Below, in pieces: positions 40,868 through 52,954 of a stretch of DNA of 64,000 bases (the first letter of the stretch is position 1; each line of letters begins with the position of its first letter). The stretch covers positions 13,888,001 through 13,952,000 of the forward strand of contig JBHGNT010000011.1 in NCBI GenBank assembly GCA_043228905.1. The letters run 5' to 3'. The translations under genes and the position numbers were made by a program. The notes beneath the pieces were generated by a model. It searched no databases and had not been told where the DNA came from. It worked only from the letters and a program-made list of their open reading frames with translations. The DNA comes from Azolla caroliniana (lineage: Eukaryota; Plantae; Polypodiophyta).

Positions 40868-42807
40868 TGTTGCGGTTTTCCACGTGTATGTGTCGGAACG
40901 GGGCGGGACCACCGAGGTCTTGAACTAAGGAGTTGGTAAGGAGACTGAGAGATAGTGTGAAATGATTATCCCAATCATTTCCGGATGATTTCGTTGGCGC
41001 TCGGGCTCAGACACGCAAACAATTCTGGACCTGTCACCGGGTAACAATGATGAGCTCACGGGCTTGGACGCTCAGGTACGCACGCAGGTGAGGGGAGCAG
41101 AGACAAGAGTACAAGTAGAGTTAGAAAGACACAAGAGACATGGAAAGCAACGAGACAATCGATTAACTTATAATAAGAGAAATACAACCAGAATCGTCCG
41201 GTGACAGAGCTTCAAGCTCTCCACACTCACACAGATCCTAGTGAGCCTGTGGTCGGGAGCACACGGGATTCCAACGGGAACAGAGGCCTCACAATACAAC
41301 GATTGACAAACAGAAAACAAGAAAATGAGAACTCGACTCTACAATCTGACAGAGCTTCCGCCTCCTCCACGATCGATCCCCCCCTAACGGTTTTTACCCT
41401 CCCCTTTTATAGGTTCAAGGAGAGGGGATCGATGTTACATCATCTATTAAAGACAACTGATTATGTGAGAGATTCTCCCCTCGTTTTCCTCCCTACACAC
41501 GTTTTGTTTCTCTCGTTTGTGGAACATTAAAGTACCCATCCAAATCATACAACCTAGTACTTACTAGTCCTAGAATATTTACAATGTACATAAAGCCTCA
41601 TTCGGGTGCATCCTTGCACACCCCCGTTCACGCGCATCCAGCTCCCATCTCCTCCTATGGCCGAAATCCTTCACGACATCCACCCCTACCAAACTACACA
41701 TCCTCTGGTATGTGCCAATCTAGTGAAGCAATGGGGATTCTTGGTCGTTCCTTACTCGCCCTCCTCCGATCTGTCGCTGATTGGGTCCTCATCCGGCTCC
41801 TCAGCCTCGTCGTCGTCTTCTTCATCCACCTCTGGATCCGATTTCGGATCGTGTCACTTCTTGAAGGCTTTTATCCACTTCCTTGCGACCGGCACCGTTA
41901 TCTTCATTTTGGCGAGGTCTACCAGGTGGTATGTTGCATTGTTGTTGGCATTTGTCACCACGTACGGCTCAAACCATCGTCTTGCGAACTTCCGGGTCGA
42001 CTTGTGTTGGTTGTCGAGGTTGTTGCTGTAGACTAGCACCCAGTCGCCTTCCTCGATTTTCCTCGGTTGGAGTCGATGTGTTCGGTCGAATTGTCCCTTG
42101 TTCTTCAGTCGCGCCTCTTTCACTCGCTCTTTCGCTCGTTCCACGTCCTCCGACCTTCACTCGAGCAGTCAAATCCGCGCTGCTAGCAGCTCCTCCCAAC
42201 TCATCTCGTATGACCAGTCAATCGACATCCATGATGTTATCATTTGCTCTATCGGCATGATCCGCTTCTGTCCGAACATGAGTTCGGCTAACATGTATCT
42301 AGTTACCAAACTGTGTGTAGTTCGGTCGGCCCATAACGCATAAGGTAGGAGCCTCAGCCAGTTCCCGACCCGTTTGTTGCACGCTCGCACTATCACTTTG
42401 ACGATTGGCCCGTGCCCTCTCTCGACCTTCCCATTGGCCTCCGGATTGTACGCCGTCGTGAGGGAGAGCTTGACCCTTAGTAGTCCGAACAACTCCTCGG
42501 CTTCTTGCGATCCAACTCCCCTCGGTCGGCTACTATCTTCCCAACGCACCCATATCGTCCGATTACATCCTCGATTAGGAATCAACATATTGCTACAATC
42601 ATTTTGTTTGTCAAGGCACGACCTTCCACTTGGTTTGTCAGATCTTCTCTTGCCGTCACCAAGTACCACACCTATCGGGATCGTAACTAAATTGACCATC
42701 CACTTGAAACTGGATGGTCGGCGGGTAAGTAAGGTGAAGCTCGTCGCGGTACTGAACTGCCGAATGCACTTGGCAGCTCTCGCATATCGACATGAAATGG
42801 TGCATGT
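40868..42807 (-). mobile_element. Ty3/Gypsy element D: integrase 3' part, PPT and 3' LTR (40868-41678); interrupted by element B
   Basis: Integrase motifs CESCQ, TTAYNPEANGKVERGH, LPYALWADRTT, KFARRWFEPYVV; PPT GGTAGGGGTGGA; LTR TGTCGTGAAG...CGCAACA on the minus strand. Frameshifted. Confidence 0.9.
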
Positions 42808-43404
42808 TGTCGTGAAGATTTTCGGCAACGGTGTGAAAATCGCGTGGAACGGATAAAATCGAGAAGGTGCAATGTGCACCTTAAACACGTACATTAGGAT
42901 GTTGTAAATATAAACAAGCCTAGTGGCATTTTGTGCATAGTGAGAGGTGCAAGTAAGGTTTTGAACCTTGCACCTCCCAAATAAGAGACAATTCACTTAC
43001 CACTAAACAAAGTTGTTTCTTTAAAACTACACTTTCATCATTGTATTTTTCACATGGAAATTCTCATACATGAAAGGTTGAGTGAGTGACATGGTTATCA
43101 TGCATCACATGTAATGCATGAGCGCCAAATGGCAATCATGCATTGCATGTGTTTCCTGCATTCCATGCATTGTATGCATGTCTTGTACCCTCACATGCAT
43201 CATATGCATGGGGGCATCTATAAAAGAAAGGAAGAAAAAGAAAAGAGGGGAATCAAGCTATATATTGAATCAAGATATTAATAATAATAAACTTAGTTAT
43301 CTTATTGGTGATGTGTCTTGTTTCTCAAAATTGAAGTCAAAGGTTCAAACTCGAAATTGGAATTTCTGTCTATCTATCTATCTTAAATACTTTCTAAATT
43401 TCCA

Positions 43405-43438
<34 letters not shown>

Positions 43439-43836
43439 TAGTGCGTTACTTTTGCCACTACAATTTCATTTCTTGTGGTCATTCACTCTCTCTCCGAAAT
43501 CCGTGTGTTCTTCTTTCCCTCGTTGTATTTTGTGCAAAGTTGTTCAATCAAAAATTCTCATCAAGAAGGAACCAACACCGACAAATATCGTTTCACCATT
43601 GTCGTCACCCACTAAAACGTTGTGCACCACCACATCACTGCCGCCTACACGTTAATCCACCACACCGCTGAGTCTGGGTCGGGTTGGCTAACCCACAAAC
43701 GTCTTTGACGATTAAGAACGACCCGACGATAAACCTAAACGACCGATTCCTTACAAGCACAAGTCACCCGATTCGTCCTCCCTGGTTAAAGACCTTGGTG
43801 GTCCCGTTCAACTGACCCGCAGACATGGATTTCCGT

Positions 43837-44593
43837 TGTCGTGCCTTTCGGTGCGAGATCGTTGTGTGAGTCGGGCGGGAACTGCCGGGGTTTTGGACTA
43901 GGAGGAGGAAGAATTTGAGGCTAATCTAGTTATGAATATGAATAGATTATAAGAAAGAGATATAAAAACCTTGTGAATCCCATGAGTATAATGTATTTTA
44001 TTAGATTAATCAATATTAAGATAAGAAAATGAATTTGGATTGAAAGAGAGAGATATAGAAACCTCGTGAATCCCATGAGTATAGTTTATTTCGTGAATCC
44101 CACAAATATAATTTATTAATTGGTGTTTTTAGAAATATATCCAATTTCCAAAATTTTCACACCATAATTTATTTATTTATTTATTCCCCATATTACATTG
44201 TGCTCCACATCCTTATATAGTGATGAGAGAGTCTTAGCAATCCATGTTTTTTCTCTAACTATAGACTACATGCTTCTTCTAAAAGTGATCATGCTTTTTC
44301 TAACCTCATGCGTTTTTATCGACTATAGTGTTCATGCACGCTAGATGTGCATGAAAGCTTTTTCCTAGAAAATATGCGTGGAAAAAACCTTTTTATGTGG
44401 GATATTTGTTTTTTTATCACTTATGATGTGTTAGTGTAATGGTAAAGCTTTACATTATTAACATGGAGGTACAATGTTTGAATCTTGCCCTATGCATGTA
44501 ATACATATTTTGATATTTTCTTCTATTTCTTCATATTTGTTGAATCGGTTACTTTATAAGTTTTTCACGTAGTGTACGAAATACACTACGACA
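43837..44593 (-). mobile_element. Solo LTR of the B/C/D family inserted in the U5 tip of B's 5' LTR
   Basis: TGTCGT...ACGACA termini; 4-bp TSD CCGT/CCGC. It is absent from the aligned part of B's 3' LTR, and its left end carries the family U5 motif GGCGGGA.C.CC..GG..TTG.AC. Confidence 0.8.
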
Positions 44594-44608
44594 CCGCGAC
44601 ATAGAGAT

Positions 44609-44626
44609 TGGTGAACCCGACGTGAA
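44609..44626 (+). promoter_or_regulatory. Primer-binding site complementary to tRNA-Trp
   Basis: TGGTGAACCCGACGTGAA is the reverse complement of ...TTCACGTCGGGTTCACCA, the plant cytosolic tRNA-Trp 3' end as recalled; it starts 7 nt after the LTR end. Confidence 0.8.
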
Positions 44627-45143
44627 GAACAACAAGGGAGGATGGCCGGTACATCAAGTGCTAGAGACTCTAACAAACAGTTGGCCCAAGCTATGGGTAG
44701 GGTGATGGGCCAAATGCTTCAAGAAAGAGATAACATCGCAGGACTTGACATGGTTATCAATAGGATTGTGGATTCCAACGGGTACATTGAAGGAAAATAT
44801 GTGATGCGATACCTTGACGCCTACAAAACAAAAATGCGGAAAAAGGGTATTTCTATGGAAAGGCAACTTTCAAGTTTCGCAAGGGTCGTGAGTTCAAGCC
44901 TTACACTCGATTCCTAGAGTTGCAAATTGCAAATGCAGAATGGACAACTTTCGAACAAAGTTTACTCAAAGAATATAGATTTGATGACTCGTCCAAGATG
45001 ACAAAGAAGGATTTAATGGACTGGGTGGAGTCAGCAAACAAAAGGTTGAGTGCAAGCGTGACACTTCACGAGTTCGAGCAAAGGTTTGGTTGTCTACCTA
45101 TACTTGATCAGACAACTCTTGAATCCAGTAAGGTGCTCTTGTT

Positions 45144-46376
45144 TTTTTCTTCTTCAAAGATTTTCCTCATTAGTATTAAGAAAAACATGTGAATGTTACA
45201 ACTTAAGCTTATGTGCCCAAAAGCTTACAATTTTCATGTACAATGATATACGAGAATCCTAAGACCAAAGCTAGAACTTTGTAAAAGGTATAAAAATTTA
45301 TTGTTGCACTCTGCCGTGCTTCACTGATATTCAAGAAAGGGTCCATGGAAGTTGATAGTTCCATTGAGGCCCTTGAGTTGGCTCAAAAAATAGGGGTAAC
45401 TTTTACCATAAGTGAAGAAGCGTCTTCCTTCTCTTATAAACAGTATTTGGTGAACCTTGCATGTTGTCATACTGGCCGCGGACTATTGCCACCAAGTTCT
45501 CCCATATCTCATGCAAGACATCTAAGAGTCACTAATATGTTGCATCATAACGTCGGTTGCATCGACATTTCCATAATGCCCATAATGCTATTGTAGTCAT
45601 TGTTTTCCAGATCTAGACAGATCACACCTACTTTCGAGGTTGTTGAAAGGGCTGACCAATATCAATCTTCTATTATGTACCATCATTGCCTCTTGAACAT
45701 CGTTTGCCTCATACAACATCAAACTGGAATGTAACACTCCCCACATTAATGATCCCCATGAAAATAGACAACCAACATTGATTGCTAAAAATAACAAAAG
45801 AACTTTATTCCATACTTGTTGAGGCAAGGAACATGACCAAAGGGCATGCTTGGCAGTCTCCTGCGCTTCATGGCAAAAGTCACATTGTCGAAGATTGGGT
45901 GTTAAATTCCCTTTCAATGAGTGACGAGCTGGTAAGGCCATATGCACTAATAGCCATTTGAAGAGAATAGATTTAGTTGACCCCTTGAATGACCAAATCC
46001 ATTTCCAGTAGGCTTTCAAATGCAAAGTTGAGACCCCCCAATTGGTCCAATGTTTCTGAGCTGCTGGTATTCTTGCATTCCCCGAGATCAGTAGTGCTCT
46101 TCCAAGTTTGACTGAGTATTGAAAGAAAGGAACCTTTATGATCTGTTCCTCCAAGGAATGTGACCAAAACCAGCCCCCCGGATCCCATGTTAATCTTGCA
46201 ACCGAGTCTTTTGCATATAACCACAACATATCACATATATGAGCAATTGAAGGAAGGATCGAGCATCCATTTCTTTCCAAATTTAACAACCACTCTGACT
46301 AGTGCACTTCACAAGTGTTGTAGATAACTGCAATCTAAGGTATAAGGTTGTAATGTATGATTGTTTAGGACCTAAA
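45144..46376 (-). mobile_element. 5'-truncated L1-type LINE inserted in B gag
   Basis: zf-RVT region WKWIWS...FKWLLVH...CDFC...ETAKHALWSC and ALWALWKCRCNRR; short A tail; 17-bp TSD AGTAAGGTG(C/T)TCTTGTT at 45127-45143 and 46377-46393. Confidence 0.9.
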
Positions 46377-47728
46377 AGTAAGGTGTTCTTGTTCTTAAAG
46401 GCAATAGACATAAAAGAATGGTGAGACCTTGGATTGCTATTGGAAAATGAGGATGGTCTCATTTACGATTGGGTTGTGGTGAGGAGAGCATGTGAGCAAT
46501 TTGACAAACGCCGACAATGGGATAACGAACCAACTATGGGGACCATATCTCTGATTGGGAAACAACCCCGTAATGAGGGACAAGAACGGCAAATGATAAG
46601 GCCAAGGAACGATGTGGCGGTGGGACCCACGACTGGAGCTACAATAGACAAACTTGCAGAGATACTCCCAGAAATGAAGATCGCTCAAGTTAGAAGAGAT
46701 GATAGACAGAATTTCCCGGGCCGTCGTTTGGATTTTCCTCGAAGGTGTATTTGGTGTGATTCTTTGGAACACCAACGAAGGGATTGTTTTGATTTTCAAG
46801 ATGCTCTTTGACTTGACATCATTGGTCTCTTTGACAATCGATTTCATTCATTAGAGACGAGGAGGAATGAAGGACTTGTTAGGGGGTTTAGAGGAAAGAA
46901 AGGTGGGTGACACTTACTACTCATCGGCTGGGACCTGACTAAAGCATGAAACAAAACTCAATGGCCACAAATAGAGGAGTTTCGGCCGACCATTCTTGCT
47001 CAAGTTGAAAAAGGGAAACTCAACACAAATGATCCAATCAATGATAGGATGGAAGGACCCTGTGGAAGAAAAGACTAACTTTGTGGAAGTTGTGTGCCAA
47101 AGCTATGAGGTCCTTGTTGAAGAAAAAAGGAAAATATCAGATGAACAAGGGGCTCCTTCAAAGAAACATGACACAAGAGAAGTCATTCGAAGAAGGGAGG
47201 AATCGTCACCGCCCCAAACGATAAGCAAAAGAGGGAAGGAAAGAATCAGACCGGAGTTCAAACTACGTTCAGAGATAGAGCAATCCACTGACCTTAAGTG
47301 TGTGATGGAAGAAAGGATCCTAGATAGCCGAATCGAGTTCACACTACGGGAGATCCTAGGAATTGCAAAGAAAGAATTTCATGATGTCATCATTGACTTA
47401 ATGAAAAGGAAGAGACTGGTGACAACTGAAGAAGGAGCAAGACAGGCAAATGTCTTGACGAGTGCTATCACAATGGAAGGTCTCGAAGTTGAACAAGAAT
47501 TTGTGGATAGCCATTTCGCGAGGCCACATTGGGTAAGAGCCAGTATCGAGACATCAATGCAGATGGGGGACTTGAAAGATCCGGTGGTGGCGTTGATTGA
47601 TCATGGCCCGTGAGTTGTAGACCATGAGGTTGATACAAGGAGTGTGAGCAATATAGAATCAATGGGTGTATGTGAGAGGGAGAGTGAGAGTTAAAGAATA
47701 TAAATGTGAGTCAAGTGGAGAGAGAGAG

Positions 47729-50700
47729 TGTTACGAGCATGACCATATAATATCCCGTGGTGAGAATTTACCGTAGTATTCTATACACGTGGATAAGTGT
47801 GAGGGTTAAAAGTAGAGACATGTACTAAAGTAAGCATTAGATAAGGATAGATCTGGGTAGATAGAAAGAAAGGAGAGAGAGAAAGAAGGGTGCTGATCCA
47901 CCCGACCACCCCCGAACGAAGGGATCGAGACAGACTCCAGCCTCGATTGGCGTCCCATACCACCGCCGTGGCGTCGAGTCGTACCTGGTGCTGGCGTGCT
48001 CGCTACAAGAGTTGACCCACCACAAGATAGAGTCTCGACGTAGTCAACAAGATGATGAAATGAGGGTAGCTAGGCCTCTTATTTATAGCGATACCCAAGG
48101 CCCCCAGGCAAGTTCACACTTGGCCTAATGGGTTGTCTCAATCCCGAGGATTAAAAGTAATCCTCCCCTTCTTTACACTCTCGTTTAACCCTCACACTTA
48201 TCCATGTGTATAGAATACTACGGTAAATTCTCACTACGGGATATTATATGGTCATGCTCGTAACATACTCCCCCCTCTTTAAAACATTGCACTCTTGCTA
48301 TAACGTATATAACCCATTCGTAAATAGTCCTTGAGTTGCTTAGCTACCTCATCCTCTTCAGATCGACTTAAGCGATAAGGAGGTATACTTATTGGTGCAA
48401 CACCAGGTACAATATCTATACGATGGTCTATATTACGTTTAGGAGGTAAGCCATTTGGTAGTTCACTCGGAAAAACATCACGAAAATCATTTAAGATTTC
48501 ATCAAGTTGTTGTTGTTCAAAATATGTTAATTGAACCGAGACATTATCGATATTGTAAATGTGAATGTCCGGATCAAGTACACAATAAAATAGAGTAGAA
48601 CAAGACAACTCAGATATTGATGGACACGAGGAAACAATCGAGAGGGATTGTTTTTTTACACAGTGAATAAAATGAGTACAATCGTTCAGTACAAATGTAA
48701 TTGAATGATGAACCCAATCAATAGATAAAGAAGAGTTTTTATTATAAAACTAGGGATAACCTAGTATTACATCGGTGGTACAAAGATCCATTACATGGAA
48801 GTCTACTTCCTCTAAATAAGTATTAATAGAAATTCCTAATGAATGAATCGCCCCGTTGATGTATTGTACTCTTCCATCAGCCAAGTGCACCATATAGGCG
48901 TGATCACTTACGGTGGGTTGGATTCCCCATATCTGAACCAAACGATCATTGAAAAAGTTGTGTGAGCTTCCCGAATCAAATAAAAATTGTACGGGAGATC
49001 CATTGATATACCCGTTTGCACGTAGTAAATCATTGGGACCCAATACATAGTGAGGGAAAGAACATTGACAATTACTTAAATGATGTGTATAGACCTGAAG
49101 GACATTAGGAATCTGACCTTTATGGTCTGCAGCTTTAGCTTTGTTGTCGTGCTCTTTCCGTTGGAGCTTTCGACATTGCTCTTTTTTATGACCCTTCTTT
49201 TTGCAGAATACACAAAAAGGATGTTGTCGCTTACAATCGCGATCCATGAATTTGTTGGGTGTCTTGCGTTTCCCAACAAATTGCGACTGCTTAGTCTAGG
49301 GCGCTTTGTTAGGTTTGTTGTGGTCCTTCTTCGAAGTGCGTTGATAGCGAAGAACTATTTCAATGGCCTCTTCGAAGGATTTTGGATCCTTATCTTGCAC
49401 TATCCAGTGATAGTCCGAATTGGGGATGCCATTGACAAAACAAGCTATTAACTAGTTGTCCCCTTCCAGACTCGATTTTTTGATTTGGGTTCTAGCATGG
49501 TGGACATAGTCTTCTAGCGAGGAAAATTTCTAACTAGAGAGGTTCATTAAAGCTTGTGCTGCCTCCGTTCGAGAGGGAGGTTGCAGAAATTGGCCCTTGA
49601 AAACTGTGACAAAATTTGTCCAGGTATCGGGCAATTTCCCCAAAGTATGGAGCCCACGCCACAAGGTGGCAGCCTTACCCCCTAGTTCTCGGCCGACATA
49701 TGCAATCTTCGTACTATCTAGCGTGGGATAGAGCTCAAAATGAGACTCCCATTGGCCCAGCCACATGCAGATTGCTTCTTTGGTTCTTTCCTTTTTGTCC
49801 CCCGTAAATGGCTTAACGACAAACGATGGTTCACCCTGTCGCTCATCAGGTCTATTAGTCTCACGTTGTAGACTAATGACACGTGCCTCGAGAGCACTTT
49901 GAGATTGCCGAAGTTCGGTCATCTGTTGAGCGGTAAAACTAAGGTATTGGGTTATATATGTTATAGCAAATCTCCATGGGGGGCACCAGTTCTCTTGGTT
50001 AAAAAGAAAGAGGGCACATGGCGTATGTGTATTAATTACCGACGCTTGAATAAAGTGACGATCAAGAATTCGTATTCATTGCCCCGGACTGACGATCTAA
50101 TTGACCGTCTCTAGGGAGCTCGGTATTTTACGAAACTTGATCTCCGTACTTGCTACCATCAAATTCGTATAAGTGAGGACGATGTTCGTAAAACGGCATT
50201 TCGTATGCGCTATGGTCATTATGAGTTTTTGGTTATGCCTTTTGGTTTGACCAATGCTCCGGCTACATTTCAACAAGAAATGAATGACATTTTCCGAGAA
50301 CAACTTGGAAAATTTATCGTTATTTTCATGGATAATATTTTAGTTTATAGTTGTACATTACAAGAACGTGCTAAACATGTCCGCTTTGTTTTACAAACAT
50401 TGCGTGACAAACAATTTTACGCGAAGATCTCAAAATGTGAGTTCTTCAAGAAATCAATTACTTATCTTGGACATCTCATAACTGAACAAGGAGTTGAAAT
50501 TGATCCTTCTTGCATCGAGAAAATCAAGCTTTGGCCCAGTCTTCGGAATATTCGAGAAGTTCGATCATTCCTTGGTTTTGTCAGGTTTTTGCGAAAATCT
50601 CTTCGTAATTACTCCCAATTGATGGCGCCGTTTATCAATGTTCTAAACGCGTAAGTCTACAAAACCTATTGTGTGGAATTCTACACTAGACCTTGCCTTT

Positions 50701-52901
50701 AAGGAACTCAAGGACCTGGTATGCAAGGCTCCTTCACTTCTTTTACCCGATCCTTCAAAACCTTTTGAGGTTGAAACCGATGCAAGCGATTATGCTATAG
50801 GTGATGTCTCATATCAAGATGGTAAACCAATAGCATTCGAGAGTAAGAAACTTGATTCTGCTCAATGTCGGTATACCGTGCAAGAAAAGGAATTATTTGC
50901 AGTTATACATGCACTCAAAACATGGCGCCATTATCTTTATGGAAATCGTTTTGTGGTAACTACGGACCACGAGTCCTTGAAATATTTTTGTGACCAACAA
51001 GACCTGAAAGGTCGTAAGGCATGATGGGCTGACCTCATCCATGACTTTGATTTTTCCATACGATATCGTAAAGGTTCCATGAATACTGTCGCTGATGCAC
51101 TAAGTCGCATACGTGAAGTTAACATGCTTAGCTTCACTGAAATAACATCAAAGCTTTATAATCACCTTCAAGGAAAGTATCCTGCTGACAGTTATTTTGC
51201 AAAATACTGGGCAAGAGTTGAGTCTGGAGCAGGGCACCCTAGAATACATCGTACACTCGTTCTCATCTCCACTCAATTTTATTGGCCTAAGATGCGTTCT
51301 GACATACATAGTTATGTGACTAAATGTCACCAATGTCAGGTTAACAAAGCCGAGCGACTTAAAGCCGCAGAACTTTTACATCCCTTGGACATTCTCAACA
51401 ATAAGTGGGAAAGTATATCCATGGATTTTATTGTTAGCCTTCCTCGCACCCAAAAAGGCCATGATGCCATCTGGGTTGTGGTTGATAGACTAACTAAAAT
51501 GGCCAGATTTATTGCTACTAAAACCACGGTAACAGCTCCTGAATTGGCTTACCAATTCATTGATGAGTTATTTCGTTTTTATGGGTTACCGATGGATATT
51601 GTGAGTGATCGAGATCCAAAGTTTACTAGTGACTTCTGGACGCAAGTCTTTAAGAAGTTAGAAACTACGTTGAGCATGAGCTCCAAGGATCATCCTCAAT
51701 CCGATGGACAAACAGAATGAGTAAATCAAATTATTGAGGACATGCTTCGAGCATATGTTGGTATAAAACCAACAAAATGGGAATGCTATCTCCCAATTTT
51801 GGAGTTTGCTTATAACAGCTCCAAGCATACATTGACGGGATATAGTCCTTTTATGTTGATGTATGGTTTTCAGCCATGAGCCCCGATTGATGTTAATATA
51901 CATCATGATGAGTTGCGAAGTACGCAAAAATTTCTTCGGGATATGCAAGATATGTTGCATATTGCACGAGATAATATAAAAACAACTCAAGATAGAGCAC
52001 GTTTTTATGCCGATCATCATAGGCAACCTCGTGTATTCAACCCTGGACAGAAGGTATTTTTACGTGTACCTCACAATTCTAAGACATTGTCTATGGGTAA
52101 GTGCGCTAAGTTAGCCCCACAGTTTTGTGGACCTTTTACAGTCCTCAAACGCATTGGGTCATCAGCCTATCGTCTCGCTCTTCCCGATGGTGTTGGAATT
52201 CATCCAGTTTTTCATGTGAGTTGTCTAAAAGAACTTCTAAGTTCTGGCGACAATACAGTTACAACTGAAACTCTGGTTACTTCTGAAGATGTATCTTCTA
52301 AACCACATGTACCAGAAAGAATTCTCGATGTTAAAACAAAAAGATTACGTACTAAAGAAATCCGAGAATTTAAAATAAAATGGATGGATAAATCAATAAA
52401 AGATGCCACAGGGGAACGTGAGAGTACTCTCAGAACTAACTTCCCTAACTTTCCATTGCAAGAGTGCAATGTTTTAAAGAGGGGGAGTATGTTACGAGCA
52501 TGACCATATAATATCCCGTGGTGAGAATTTACCGTAGTATTCTATACACGTGGATAAGTGTGAATGTTAAATGAGAGTGTAAAGAAAGGGAGGATTACTT
52601 TTAATCCTCGGGATTGAGACAACCCATTAGGCCAAGTGTGAACTTGCCTGGGGGCTTTGGGTATCGCTATAAATAAGAGGCCTAGCTACCCTCATTTCAT
52701 CATCTTGTTGACTACGTCGAGACTCTGTCTTGTGGTGGGTCAACTTTTGTAGCGAGCGCGCCAGCACTAGGGACGACTCGACGCCACGGCGGTGGTATGG
52801 GATGCCGATCGAGGCTCGAGTCTGTCTGGATCCCTTCGCCCGGGGGTGGTCGGGTGGATCAACACCCTTCTTTCTCTCTCTCCTTTCTTTCTTTCTATCT
52901 A

Positions 52902-52904
<3 letters not shown>
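47729..52904. mobile_element. Rearranged chromovirus (Ty3/Gypsy with group-II-like chromodomain): gag-PR on -, RT-RH-INT-CHD on +
   Basis: Minus 49922-48295: gag, CVFCKKKGHKKEQC, FLFDSGSSHNF, RT start. Plus 49948-52489: [75 protein letters not shown] and 3' LTR at 52490-52904; flanked by GAGAG on both sides. Confidence 0.9.

Positions 52905-52952
<48 letters not shown>
52905..52952. repeat. (GA)n microsatellite at the chromovirus insertion site
   Basis: Direct read; a shorter GA tract precedes 47729. Confidence 0.95.

Positions 52953-52954
<2 letters not shown>

Noticed and set aside
42169-42996. 275-aa chimeric ORF as a novel gene
   Set aside because: Chance read-through from antisense B LTR into frameshifted D integrase.
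44609-44626. tRNA-Trp gene
   Set aside because: Only the 18-nt complement including CCA, next to an LTR; it is a PBS.
47729-48265. MITE/DNA transposon with 82-bp TIRs
   Set aside because: The apparent TIRs are the 5' end of a chromovirus LTR present in both orientations; the copies at 39836 and 52490 lack them.
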